Source of the DNA: Gemmatimonas sp.
Lineage (GTDB): Bacteria; Gemmatimonadota; Gemmatimonadetes; Gemmatimonadales; Gemmatimonadaceae
Assembly: GCA_965279375.1 (NCBI GenBank)
Contig: OZ257156.1
Span: forward strand, 4,064,001-4,128,000
Direction: 5' to 3'
DNA length: 64,000 nt
Both the position numbers and the translations under genes were made by a program. Positions within the stretch are counted from its first letter, which is position 1; the number at the start of each line of letters is the position of its first letter. Under the pieces are notes generated by a model, which worked only from the letters and a program-made list of their open reading frames with translations, was not told the origin of the DNA and did no database searches. Below are positions 46,254-55,489 of this stretch, one piece after another.

Positions 46254-47386
46254 CAGCGCGATCCTCCACCAGCGTTCCAGGTGCCCCACCCTTCGGGGCG
46301 TTCGGTTCCGTACGCGTCATCCGTCGCATCGCGGCGGAACCAGAGCGGCTGTTCGGCCGGTGGGTCGGCGTACACACCAATCAGCGCATCGAGCGCCTGC
46401 GGCGTTCCCGACGCGTCGGCGATGTCGGTCGCTTCATCGATCTCGCGCAGCACGCGCGCGTCGATTGCGGCGATCTCGTCGTCCGTGGCGTTGAGCTCCG
46501 TGCGCAGCACCTTGAGATAGCGATCCAGCGGATCGTTCTCCGCCGCCCACTTCTCGATCTCGCCCGCCGGAACGTACGACTGATTGTCGTGCTCGGCGTG
46601 CCCTTTGCGACGATACGTCATCAGCTCGACGAGCGTGACGCCTTCACCGCGACGCGCGCGGTCGACCGCTTCCTTGGTCACGTCGTACACGGCCAGCACG
46701 TCGTTGCCATCGGCCTGCAGTCCGTGCACGCCGTACCCGATCGCCTTGTCGACGAACTGTTTGGCTGCGGTCTGCTTGTGCGTGGGTGTGGAGTAGGCGT
46801 AGCCGTTGTTCTCGACGATCACCACCAACGGGCAGCGTTGCACCGCAGCGAAGTTGATCCCTTCGTGAAAGGCGCCGGTGCTCGTCGCACCATCGCCGAT
46901 GTACACGAGGCCCACGCGATCTTCGCCGCGCATCTTGAACGAGAGCGTGACGCCGGCCATCACCGGCACCATGTCGCCGAGTGGCGAGATCTGCCCGAGG
47001 AATCCACGCGTGGTGCCGGCCGCGCCGATGTCACCGAAGTGGATGTTGAGCTCGCGACCGCGCGTGGGCGAATCGCCCTTGGCCATGTACTGCTTCAGCA
47101 CTTCGACGGGCGTCGCACCCTTCACGAGCATCGCGCCAAGATTGCGAATCAGCGGCGACATGACATCGCGCTGCTCGAGCGCGAAGCAGCTTCCGACCGC
47201 ATCGGCTTCCTGGCCGAGCGAACGAAACAGGCCGCCGACGACCTTGGTCTGTCGATAGAGATTGACGAGCCGTTCTTCGAGCTGACGCGTCAGGCGCATC
47301 CAGTAGTACAGTGCCAACTTCTGCTCGCGCGAAAGCGCGTCACTCGGTCGGCGCGACGCGGTGCGTCCGGCACGCGCCTTGGCCAT
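46253..47386 (-). CDS. 2-oxoacid dehydrogenase E1 alpha subunit
   Basis: TPP motif GDGATSTGAFHEGIN...ENN, DGNDV, TYRRKGH. Confidence 0.93.
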   Translation of the reverse strand: MAKARAGRTASRRPSDALSREQKLALYYWMRLTRQLEERLVNLYRQTKVVGGLFRSLGQEADAVGSCFALEQRDVMSPLIRNLGAMLVKGATPVEVLKQYMAKGDSPTRGRELNIHFGDIGAAGTTRGFLGQISPLGDMVPVMAGVTLSFKMRGEDRVGLVYIGDGATSTGAFHEGINFAAVQRCPLVVIVENNGYAYSTPTHKQTAAKQFVDKAIGYGVHGLQADGNDVLAVYDVTKEAVDRARRGEGVTLVELMTYRRKGHAEHDNQSYVPAGEIEKWAAENDPLDRYLKVLRTELNATDDEIAAIDARVLREIDEATDIADASGTPQALDALIGVYADPPAEQPLWFRRDATDDAYGTERPEGWGTWNAGGGSR

Positions 47387-47679
47387 CAGTAGCCGGCCTC
47401 GATGCGGTGACGCGGATCGGCGGTGCGATGCAGCGCGTTGAAGAACTTCTTCACGTTCTTGTCGAGACGACTCTCGCCAACCTGGTCGGTGTGCGCTTCG
47501 ACGACGGTGTAGTGACCACCGTCCATCTTCACTGTGAGCTTCATCGCGCCGAGCGGGCCGGTGAAGGCTCGCGCACGCGCGTCGCCGCTCTGCTTGGCGA
47601 GTCCCAGTGGCGTGAAGAACTGATCGGCCGTTGCCAGCACGACGTCAGGGGTGAGCGTGGTGCGGTGAAAGTGTCGCAA
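47386..47679 (-). CDS. Small hypothetical protein
   Basis: 97 aa, TTG start; stop overlaps the E1 alpha ATG. Confidence 0.75.
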   Translation of the reverse strand: MRHFHRTTLTPDVVLATADQFFTPLGLAKQSGDARARAFTGPLGAMKLTVKMDGGHYTVVEAHTDQVGESRLDKNVKKFFNALHRTADPRHRIEAGY

Positions 47680-47681
47680 CC

Positions 47682-48260
47682 TCAGGGCTCCTTCTTGGGG
47701 GCCGGTGCTGGCTTCGCGGCCGGGGGCGCGCCCTTGTCGGGCACGACGGTCTCGCGCTGATCCTGCGGCGCACGCGACGACTGCGGGGTGGTGAAATCAC
47801 CCGGCTCGTCGGCGACCATGATGTCCTGCGTCCAGTCTTCCGTGCGCTGCAACGCTTTGGTCGAATCGCGTCGGAACTGCAGGCCCATCGCCCACATGCC
47901 CGCGGTGACGAACATGAGATTCGTGCGGTAGGTGCCGAGCTCTCCGGTTTCGGAGAGCCCGTTCGCTACGGTCTTGCGATCGCGGTTGGTGGCGAAGATC
48001 CGCCCCTGTCCGCCCTGAATTGGCGCGCCGGTCTTGATGTCGTTCACGACGACGCGCCAGTGCGTCGGTTCCAGCGCGCGCGTGGGTCGCTGTTCGGGGG
48101 CGACCCGAATCACGAACTCGTCCGTCTTGAATCGCAACTCGTTCTTGGGCGGCGTACCGGCATCGCAGCCCGTCAGCGAAACGCCGACGACTGCGACCAT
48201 CATCATCCCACGAAGCGAAGCAACGAAACCGCGAACCCCACGCGCACGCTGTTCGGTCAT
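47682..48260 (-). CDS. Lipoprotein with YtkA/FixH-like Ig-fold motif
   Basis: Lipobox SLTGC; GTYRTNLMFVTAGMWAM pattern; ATGA overlap with ino1. Confidence 0.7.
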   Translation of the reverse strand: MTEQRARGVRGFVASLRGMMMVAVVGVSLTGCDAGTPPKNELRFKTDEFVIRVAPEQRPTRALEPTHWRVVVNDIKTGAPIQGGQGRIFATNRDRKTVANGLSETGELGTYRTNLMFVTAGMWAMGLQFRRDSTKALQRTEDWTQDIMVADEPGDFTTPQSSRAPQDQRETVVPDKGAPPAAKPAPAPKKEP

Positions 48261-49585
48261 TGATAGTACTCGAGTCCGAGGTGGGTGATCTGCTCCTCAC
48301 CCATCCGGTGCCGGAGCGTGTTCTTCAGCTTGGTCTGCTGAATGAAAAGATCATGCTCAGGCTGGAGCCCCGCAGCAGTCTGCGGCGACTTGTAATAGAA
48401 GCTTAACCATTCCTGAATCCCCTTCATCCCGGCACGCATCGCGAAGTCGCTGAACAGCGCGAGGTCGAGGACGATCGGTGCAGCAAGAATGGAATCGCGG
48501 CAGAGGAAGTTGACCTTGATCTGCATCGGATAGCCGAGCCATCCCTTGATGTCGATGTTGTCCCAGCCTTCCTTGTTGTCGCCGCGCGGGGGGTAGTAGT
48601 TGATGCGCACGACGTGCGAGAAATCCTTGTACAACTCCGGATAGAGCTCCGGCTGCAGGATCGTGTGCAGCACCGACAGCTTCGACTCTTCCTTCGTCTT
48701 GAACGACGCCGGATCGTCGAGCACTTCGCCGTCGCGATTGCCGAGGATGTTCGTGGAGTACCAGCCTTCGAGGCCGAGCATGCGCGCCTTGAGCCCCGGC
48801 GCGATGATCGTCTTCATCCACGTCTGGCCGGTCTTGAAATCCTTGCCCGAGATGGGCACGCCCTTCCGGTTGGCGAGCTCGATGAGCGCCGGGAAGTCGG
48901 CCGAGAGGTTGGGCGCACCGTTGCAGTACGGGATGCCTTCCATAATCGCGGCATACGCGTACAACATGCTGGGCGCGATCGCCGGATCGTTCGCTTCCAT
49001 CGCCGCTTCAAACGCTTCGATCGTCTGATGCTGCGGGCCGGCGACGATGAAGATTTCCGTCGAGCCGCACCACACCATCGCGCCGCGCGTTGCGCCACTC
49101 GAGGCCATGAAGTTGCGGATGTCGGCGCGCAGCTGCTCGGCGAGATCGCGCTTGTTCTTGCCCGTCTTGACGTTCGTGCCGTTGATGCGCGTGACGTAGT
49201 GGTTCTCGAAGACGGCCGGCATCGGCTTGATCGTCTTGAGGAAATCCGCGATCGGATCGATGTCCGACTTCTCGAGCACGCCGGCCTTGGTGGCCGCAGT
49301 GAACGCGTCGTCATGGAACGGGTCCCACGCCGCGAAGACGATGTCGTCCAGCTTGGCCAGCGGCACGAAGTCCTTGATGAGCGGGCTCCGCGACTCGGTA
49401 CGCTTGCCGAGGCGGATCGTGGCCATCTGCGTCAGCGAGCCGATGGGCGTGGACAGGCCGCGACGGACGCGCTCGACACCGGCGATGAGCGTCGTGGAGA
49501 CCGCGCCCAGTCCGGGGGTGAAGATGGCCAGCTTGCCCGAGGCCGGGGCAATGGACGCGGCGCCGCCGCGAGACGTATCGGTCAC
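48257..49585 (-). CDS. ino1: myo-inositol-1-phosphate synthase
   Basis: GLGAVSTT, GKDFKTGQT, NILGNRDG, YYPPRGDNKEGWD, CRDSILAAP; GTG overlaps the upstream stop. Confidence 0.95.
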   Translation of the reverse strand: MTDTSRGGAASIAPASGKLAIFTPGLGAVSTTLIAGVERVRRGLSTPIGSLTQMATIRLGKRTESRSPLIKDFVPLAKLDDIVFAAWDPFHDDAFTAATKAGVLEKSDIDPIADFLKTIKPMPAVFENHYVTRINGTNVKTGKNKRDLAEQLRADIRNFMASSGATRGAMVWCGSTEIFIVAGPQHQTIEAFEAAMEANDPAIAPSMLYAYAAIMEGIPYCNGAPNLSADFPALIELANRKGVPISGKDFKTGQTWMKTIIAPGLKARMLGLEGWYSTNILGNRDGEVLDDPASFKTKEESKLSVLHTILQPELYPELYKDFSHVVRINYYPPRGDNKEGWDNIDIKGWLGYPMQIKVNFLCRDSILAAPIVLDLALFSDFAMRAGMKGIQEWLSFYYKSPQTAAGLQPEHDLFIQQTKLKNTLRHRMGEEQITHLGLEYYQ

Positions 49586-50211
49586 TGAGTCGGTTCTCCC
49601 TGAGAGGTCGTACGATAGACGTAAAGCATGCGCTGCACCGCCGTGATCCATGCGGTCACGGAGAGTAGCGTCACGATGAAAGCCAGCACCCAACCATTCA
49701 ACGCCAAGCCGAAGAACGCTTGCGGCGCCGACAGCAGCGTCACACGCTCCGGCCGCTGGAGCAACCCGACTTTGGCGTCCAGCCCAAGGCTTTCGGCGCG
49801 CGCGCGGGTGTACGAGGTAAGAAACGTGCCGATGAGCCCGGCGAGCGTGATCACCAGCAGCACGGGATTGGCGTGCACCGGATTGATCGCGTAGAACACG
49901 ACGAGGCCTCCCAACACACATCCGTCGGCGACGCGATCGAGCGTGGAGTCGTAGAAGGCGCCGAAGACGCTGCTGCGTCCCGTGCGCCGCGCGACAGTCC
50001 CGTCGAGTACATCGAACAGCGCCGTCAGCCCGAAGAACCAGCCAGCCGTACGGATGTGTCCGCTCGCGAAAATCCCCCCCGCGATCACGGTACACAGGGT
50101 GCCGATGGTCGTGATGGTATTGGGATGAACCCGACGGCGCACGAGCCAGTCGGCAATGGGCTCGATGAGCCGCAGATAGCCGCGCTGGATCGCGCTCCAC
50201 AAAGCTTGCAT
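49582..50211 (-). CDS. CDP-alcohol phosphatidyltransferase, probable phosphatidylinositol-phosphate synthase
   Basis: HPNTIT, DVLDGTVARR...GAFYDSTLDRVAD, SYTRARAE, GLLQRPER; coupled to ino1. Confidence 0.85.
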   Translation of the reverse strand: MQALWSAIQRGYLRLIEPIADWLVRRRVHPNTITTIGTLCTVIAGGIFASGHIRTAGWFFGLTALFDVLDGTVARRTGRSSVFGAFYDSTLDRVADGCVLGGLVVFYAINPVHANPVLLVITLAGLIGTFLTSYTRARAESLGLDAKVGLLQRPERVTLLSAPQAFFGLALNGWVLAFIVTLLSVTAWITAVQRMLYVYRTTSQGEPTQ

Positions 50212-50338
50212 CTAGAGACGCTGGAAAGTTGGGACCGGAAGCGCGCCACGGCGCGCATGAGGCCGCCGAGGCGAACGGCCGGACGCACTGTCCAACCGCG
50301 GGAAGGGGTAGCCCTATAAAGCTAGGACCGGCCGCCCC

Positions 50339-51667
50339 TTAACGGTAGAGATAGAATCGCCGCACATCGCGCTCGTACGCGACAATCGCAGGCAGCTGTC
50401 GGTCCATCACGGCGTCCGGATCGGCACCCGCCAGAATCGCCTCTCGCACCTTGGCCGCGCCCATTCGCAGGTCAAAACCACGGTCCGTCACGCGCAGTGA
50501 GTCCTTGTTCAGGCGATTGAGCGCCCACAACAGCGCCGCACCCACCCGCGCCGGCTGCACCAGCGCGCGGTCTGTGACTTCGATGCGAATTCCCGGAATC
50601 GACTTGTCGCCGTACTTGTTGTCGCCCGGCTGCTGCGGCGTGAACCGTTCCGCCTTGAAACGCACGCCGGTCAAGGAGAGGTCCTCCAGCAGGCGAGCCA
50701 ACGTGTCCGCACGCAGCCACGGTGCGCCGATGCGCTGAAAGGGCTCGTTTGTGCCCCGACCCACGGAGACGTTGGATGCTTCGAAGGGCACGAGCGCCGG
50801 ATAGAGCAGCGCGCTCGTCTGGTTGGGCAGATTGGGCGACGGCTTCACCCACGGCAGTCCCGTCTCGTCAAACCACATCGCACGCCGCCAGTACTGCATC
50901 GGCACGACGGTCAGCCGCGTGGTCATCTGCAGCTGCGCCTGAAAGAGGCGCGCCATTTCGCCCATCGTCAGCCCATGACGCAGCGGCATCGGATAGAGCG
51001 CGAAGCCATTGGCCGGCTTGGCGGGCGTGGCATACTCGGGGTTGGCCAGCGCCGAATCGAGCATCGCGCCTTCGATGCGCACACCGGAGAGCGGATTGGG
51101 CCGATCGAGGACCACCACGGGAATCCCCTTCTTGGCACCGGCGCGCATCGTGTAGAGCATCACGCCCACGTACGTCCAGGTGCGGGTACCGATATCCTGC
51201 AAATCGACCACCAGCACGTCGACGTCCGTCAGCAGGCTGTCCGGCGGCGGCACCGTGCCGCGCTGATAGAGCGAGAAAATAGGCAGGCCGGTCTTGGCAT
51301 CCTTGTCGTCGGCCACGTTCTCATGATCGGCAGTGCCCTGCGCGCCATGCTCGGGCGCGAACAGCCGCACCAGCTTCACACCAGCCTTCACCGCGCGCGG
51401 ATCGTTGAACAGCAGGTCGATCGAACGACGCCCCTTTTCATCCACGCCTGTTTGATTCGTCACGAGCGCGACGCGCTTGCCGGCCACGAGCTTGATGCTA
51501 TCGTCCATGAGCACCGAGATGCCGGGGCGCACTCGTCGGTTGATGCGCAACGGCATGCCGTCCGGCCCCTCCTCGGGCTGGGGACGATTGTCGGGCTTAT
51601 TGTTGCCAGAGCAGGCGGCGATCACCGCCGCTGCGCCCACGGCGACAAGCCACAGACCACGCTTCAC
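50339..51667 (-). CDS. namZ: Exo-beta-N-acetylmuramidase NamZ (DUF1343/YbbC) lipoprotein
   Basis: LVTNQTG, LFAPEHG, DLQDIGTRTWTY, LDRPNP, RHGLTMGE, PSPNLP, SVGRGT; lipobox IAAC; start uncertain (51667 or 51694). Confidence 0.88.
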   Translation of the reverse strand: MKRGLWLVAVGAAAVIAACSGNNKPDNRPQPEEGPDGMPLRINRRVRPGISVLMDDSIKLVAGKRVALVTNQTGVDEKGRRSIDLLFNDPRAVKAGVKLVRLFAPEHGAQGTADHENVADDKDAKTGLPIFSLYQRGTVPPPDSLLTDVDVLVVDLQDIGTRTWTYVGVMLYTMRAGAKKGIPVVVLDRPNPLSGVRIEGAMLDSALANPEYATPAKPANGFALYPMPLRHGLTMGEMARLFQAQLQMTTRLTVVPMQYWRRAMWFDETGLPWVKPSPNLPNQTSALLYPALVPFEASNVSVGRGTNEPFQRIGAPWLRADTLARLLEDLSLTGVRFKAERFTPQQPGDNKYGDKSIPGIRIEVTDRALVQPARVGAALLWALNRLNKDSLRVTDRGFDLRMGAAKVREAILAGADPDAVMDRQLPAIVAYERDVRRFYLYR

Positions 51668-51847
51668 CGTTCCGCGCCTCGTCTCCGGCACCATTCGCTG
51701 CATCGACCAACGCGCGTGCTGCTGGCACGCCGTCTCTTCCTGCCTCGCTCCGAGATGCTTCACGCACTCCTCCAGGTATGGCCGTCACGCCGACGCGGCG
51801 TATCGGACCTGCTTGTCGGCGAACACATCACACTCCGCCCTCCCTAC

Positions 51848-53716
51848 GTGGCCCCGCTCGCGCGCACCTCGTTTGCCCTGCTGACCGGCCTGTCCCTTAC
51901 CGGCGTGGCACTCGCCGGATGTGCCCGACCCGCCACGACTCCGAATGCCGCGTCCACCGGCATCTCGATGCGCGGTGCACGGCCAGCGGCATTGTCCGTC
52001 GACCCCTCGGTTCCGCTGCCCGCCGAGCATCGCCGATGGATCGACCGCACCGTCGCCACGATGACCCTCCGCGAACGCGTGGGCCAGATGGTGATGGTCT
52101 GGGTCCTCGGTGACTTCACGAACGCACGCGAACCGGGCTTTCTCAAGATCGTTGACCAAGTTCAGCGCGATGGTATCGGTGGGATCGTGATGTCACTGGG
52201 CTCACCCGTCGAAGTGGCAGCCAAGCTCAACTACCTGCAGGCCCGCGCGAAAATCCCGCTGCTCGTTGGCAGCGATGTGGAGCCGGGGCTCGGTCGTCTC
52301 GAAGGTGGATTCTTCTCGCCCACCTACCCGAGCGCCGGCAGTGCGACCGTACTGCCGAGCAACATGGCCATCGGTGCGACCGGTCGCGTGCAGGATGCCG
52401 AAGACGCCGGTCGGATCACGGGCACGGAATCGCTTGCGATCGGCATCCACATGGCGTTCGCGCCTGTCGTGGACGTCAACAACAATCCGTCCAATCCCGT
52501 CATCAACGTTCGGTCGTTCGGCGAGGACCCGCGCGCCGTCTCCACGCTCGCGTCGGCGTTCATCAAGGGCGTGCAGTCCACCGGCGCCGCCGCCACGGCG
52601 AAGCACTTTCCCGGCCACGGCGACACCGACACCGATTCGCATCTGGGGCTGCCCGTGATTCCCGTGCCGCGTAGTCGGCTCGATTCCGTGGAGCTGCTTC
52701 CTTTCGCGGCCGCCGTACGTTCCGGCATCGCCGGCATGATGACGGCGCACATTGCGTTGCCCGGTGCCTATGGCGACAGCGTGCCGGCGACGCTCTCGCC
52801 GCGCATTCTCACAGGACTGTTGCGCGATTCCCTCGCCTTTCGCGGCGCGACGTTCACCGACGCGATGACGATGGACGGACTCGCGCGCGGTTACGGCGTG
52901 GAAGAAAGCTCCGTGCGCGCGATCGAAGCAGGCAACGACATTCTGCTCATGCCCCCCGATGTCACCAAGGCGATCGACGCGGTCGTCAAGGCAGTGGAGA
53001 GCGGACGCATCACACCGGCTCGCATCGAACAGAGCGTGCGCCGCATTCTCGAGCTCAAGCTGCGTACCGGCGCGGTCGCACGACCGATCGTCTCGCTCGA
53101 TGCACTGCGCGACTCCGTGGCCACACCCGCTCACTGGGCCACGGCACAGGGGATCGCACAGCGTGCGATCACGCTGCTGCGCGACAGCGCGTCGCTGGTG
53201 CCGGTCGCACGTACTGCCCGCGTCATGCTTCTCACGTACGCGGCCGATGCCGAAGTCGCCGCTGGTGTTCCCTTCACTGCCGAAGTCCGCCGCCAAGGAG
53301 CGCGGGTGCGTGCCTCACGACTCTCGCCGCACGCGAACGCCGCCGAACTGGATTCACTGGCGCGCGAGGGCGAACAGATGGATCGCGTCATCGTCTACTC
53401 GTATACGCGCACCCTCGAGGGCGAAGGACGCTTGGCCATCCCTGCGCCGATCGCGGCATTCATCGCGCGGTTGGCCAGCAGCGGCAAATTGGTGATGGTC
53501 GCTGGTGGCAACCCCTACCAGTTGCGTCAGGTACCCTCGGTGCCCACCTACATGGTCACCTATGGACGCGGTGACGCGCTCGAGCGCGCGGCCGCGCGTG
53601 CACTGTTCGGCATGGCTCCGATCTCGGGGCACATCCCGGTCACACTTCCCGGATTCTTCACACGAGGCGAGGGACTGATGCGTGAGATCGCGCGCGACAC
53701 GAAGGGAACGCCATGA
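51848..53716 (+). CDS. nagZ: GH3 beta-N-acetylglucosaminidase (NagZ-type) lipoprotein
   Basis: FAPVVDVNNNPSNPVINVRSFG, KHFPGHGDTDTDSH (Asp-His dyad), TDAMTM; lipobox LAGC. Confidence 0.9.
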   Translation: MAPLARTSFALLTGLSLTGVALAGCARPATTPNAASTGISMRGARPAALSVDPSVPLPAEHRRWIDRTVATMTLRERVGQMVMVWVLGDFTNAREPGFLKIVDQVQRDGIGGIVMSLGSPVEVAAKLNYLQARAKIPLLVGSDVEPGLGRLEGGFFSPTYPSAGSATVLPSNMAIGATGRVQDAEDAGRITGTESLAIGIHMAFAPVVDVNNNPSNPVINVRSFGEDPRAVSTLASAFIKGVQSTGAAATAKHFPGHGDTDTDSHLGLPVIPVPRSRLDSVELLPFAAAVRSGIAGMMTAHIALPGAYGDSVPATLSPRILTGLLRDSLAFRGATFTDAMTMDGLARGYGVEESSVRAIEAGNDILLMPPDVTKAIDAVVKAVESGRITPARIEQSVRRILELKLRTGAVARPIVSLDALRDSVATPAHWATAQGIAQRAITLLRDSASLVPVARTARVMLLTYAADAEVAAGVPFTAEVRRQGARVRASRLSPHANAAELDSLAREGEQMDRVIVYSYTRTLEGEGRLAIPAPIAAFIARLASSGKLVMVAGGNPYQLRQVPSVPTYMVTYGRGDALERAAARALFGMAPISGHIPVTLPGFFTRGEGLMREIARDTKGTP

Positions 53717-54918
53717 TGACTGCTCACCTGCGCTCACCGCGCGCCGTCGTGGCGGCGGGCACGCTGCTCGTCGCCGCGGCGGCAGGCGCTTGTGCCAGCG
53801 CGACGTCGGCGGCGAGTAGCGCACCTACGGCGGCCGCGGCCGGCATCCCCGCTTCGCGCATCAATGCCCTTCAGGATTCGCTGCGCGTCGTCATCGACCG
53901 CGCGATCGCCGACAGTGCGTTTCCCGGTGCCTACGTCGCAGTTGGCAACGCGAACGGCGTACTGGCCGAATACGGCGCCGGCCGCCTCGACGCGGCCGAC
54001 GCCACGCGACCGAGCGCCAGCACGGTCTGGGACCTCGCCTCTCTCACCAAGGTCGTGGGGACGACCTCGGCGATGCTCCAACTCGTCGGACAGGGGAAGG
54101 TCGTCCTCGACTCGCCGGTGGTGCGCTATCTCCCCGCATGGAAGGCGCCGGGCACGTCGCGCATCACGGTGCGTCAGCTCATGACGCACTCGGCGGGCCT
54201 CCCGGCCTGGCGCCCCTTCTACAAGGAAGCCACGACCGCCGACGAAGCGATCGGTCAGCTGTTCGGCACTGGCCCCGACACCGTGCCCGGCAAGCGATTC
54301 CTGTACAGCGACCTGGGCTTCATGCTACTCGGCAAGCTGGTCGAAAACGTCTCGGGCGAGTCGCTGGCGCAGTACGACGTGGCGCACATCTTCGCGCCGC
54401 TCGGCATGCGCGACACCCGCTACTTGCCGCCGGCCGACTGGCTGCCGCGCATCGCCCCGACTGAGCAGGACCCGTGGCGCCAGCGAAAGGTGCGCGGAGA
54501 GGTGCACGACGAGAACGCGGTCCGAGTGGGCGGCGTCTCCGGGCATGCGGGGCTCTTCTCCAGCGGGCGGGATCTCGCCCGATTCGCTCGCATGTATCTG
54601 AGCGGCGGAACCCTCGACGGAGCGCGCGTGTTCGACGCGGGCACGGTCGCGCAGTTCACTCGCGTCCAGGACACGACGATCTCGCGCCGCGCGTTGGGGT
54701 GGGAGACGCCCACCGGAGGCAACTCTGCGGGTCGGAAGCTGTCACCCGTGGCGTTCGGGCACACCGGATTCACCGGTACCTCGCTCTGGATGGACCCGCA
54801 GCGGGGGATGTTCGTCCTTTTGTTGACCAACCGGGTGAACCCGACCCGGACGAATCTCAAGATTGGTCGGGTGCGCACCTCTGTCGCGGACGCGGCGGTG
54901 GCGGCACTCTTTCCCTGA
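53713..54918 (+). CDS. Beta-lactamase-fold serine hydrolase (AmiE/YbbE-like)
   Basis: DLASLTK (SxxK), LMTHSAG, YSDLG, GEVHDENA, GHAGLF, GHTGFTG; lipobox-like AGAC. Confidence 0.88.
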   Translation: MMTAHLRSPRAVVAAGTLLVAAAAGACASATSAASSAPTAAAAGIPASRINALQDSLRVVIDRAIADSAFPGAYVAVGNANGVLAEYGAGRLDAADATRPSASTVWDLASLTKVVGTTSAMLQLVGQGKVVLDSPVVRYLPAWKAPGTSRITVRQLMTHSAGLPAWRPFYKEATTADEAIGQLFGTGPDTVPGKRFLYSDLGFMLLGKLVENVSGESLAQYDVAHIFAPLGMRDTRYLPPADWLPRIAPTEQDPWRQRKVRGEVHDENAVRVGGVSGHAGLFSSGRDLARFARMYLSGGTLDGARVFDAGTVAQFTRVQDTTISRRALGWETPTGGNSAGRKLSPVAFGHTGFTGTSLWMDPQRGMFVLLLTNRVNPTRTNLKIGRVRTSVADAAVAALFP

Positions 54919-54945
54919 GTCGGCGCTCGGGGCGTCCCAGATTTC

Positions 54946-54975
54946 TTGCAAGGGGAGCGATCCAGTCGCTATTAT
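54946..54975 (+). promoter_or_regulatory. Sigma-70 promoter upstream of iscA-nagB-symporter-kinase
   Basis: TTGCAA-N18-TATTAT. Confidence 0.65.
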
Positions 54976-55086
54976 CTCGGGTAGCATGACACGACGTCGC
55001 AGCGCTGGGTTTCCGCGTGGTGCGGGAACGAGCAACGACGCGTTCCATCAGGCCGACGGTACCGCCGGCCGTTTCGGAGGGCAGCA

Positions 55087-55446
55087 ATGAGCACGATGCA
55101 GCAGCCAGAGGTCATGGTGGTCATTACGCCGGTCGCCGGGACCGAAGTTCTGAAGTTCATGGAAGCCGAAGGCGTGACGGCGGAACAGGGCGGTCTGCGT
55201 GTGTCCGTGATGCCGGGCGGTTGCAGCGGCTTCAAGTACGGCCTAGTGATCGAAGACAAGAGCGCCGAAGACGACATCGTGATCGATCACGAAGGCGGCT
55301 TCAAGGTGTTCGTGGATCCGTTCTCCGCGCAGTATCTCAGTGGTACGGTGATCGATTACGTCTCGTCGATGCAGGGTTCGGGCTTTACATTCAAGAATCC
55401 GAATTCCACGGGCGGATGCGGCTGCGGGAGTTCCTTCTCCGCCTGA
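55087..55446 (+). CDS. A-type Fe-S carrier (HesB/IscA/ErpA family)
   Basis: GGCSGFKY, GFTFKNPN...CGCGSSF; GGAGG RBS. Confidence 0.95.
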   Translation: MSTMQQPEVMVVITPVAGTEVLKFMEAEGVTAEQGGLRVSVMPGGCSGFKYGLVIEDKSAEDDIVIDHEGGFKVFVDPFSAQYLSGTVIDYVSSMQGSGFTFKNPNSTGGCGCGSSFSA

Positions 55447-55489
55447 TCACGTCGGCGCCGCGTCAGGCGCCCACCACCACAGCACAACG

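Noticed and set aside
48257..50200. 647-aa ino1 ORF as a fusion protein (also the extended nagZ, pyrF and aspA ORFs)
   Set aside because: N-terminal extensions overlap neighbouring real genes; true starts lie downstream
53713..54918. Beta-lactamase resistance gene
   Set aside because: GEVHDENA/GHAGLF motifs and coupling to NagZ indicate an AmiE-like peptidoglycan hydrolase
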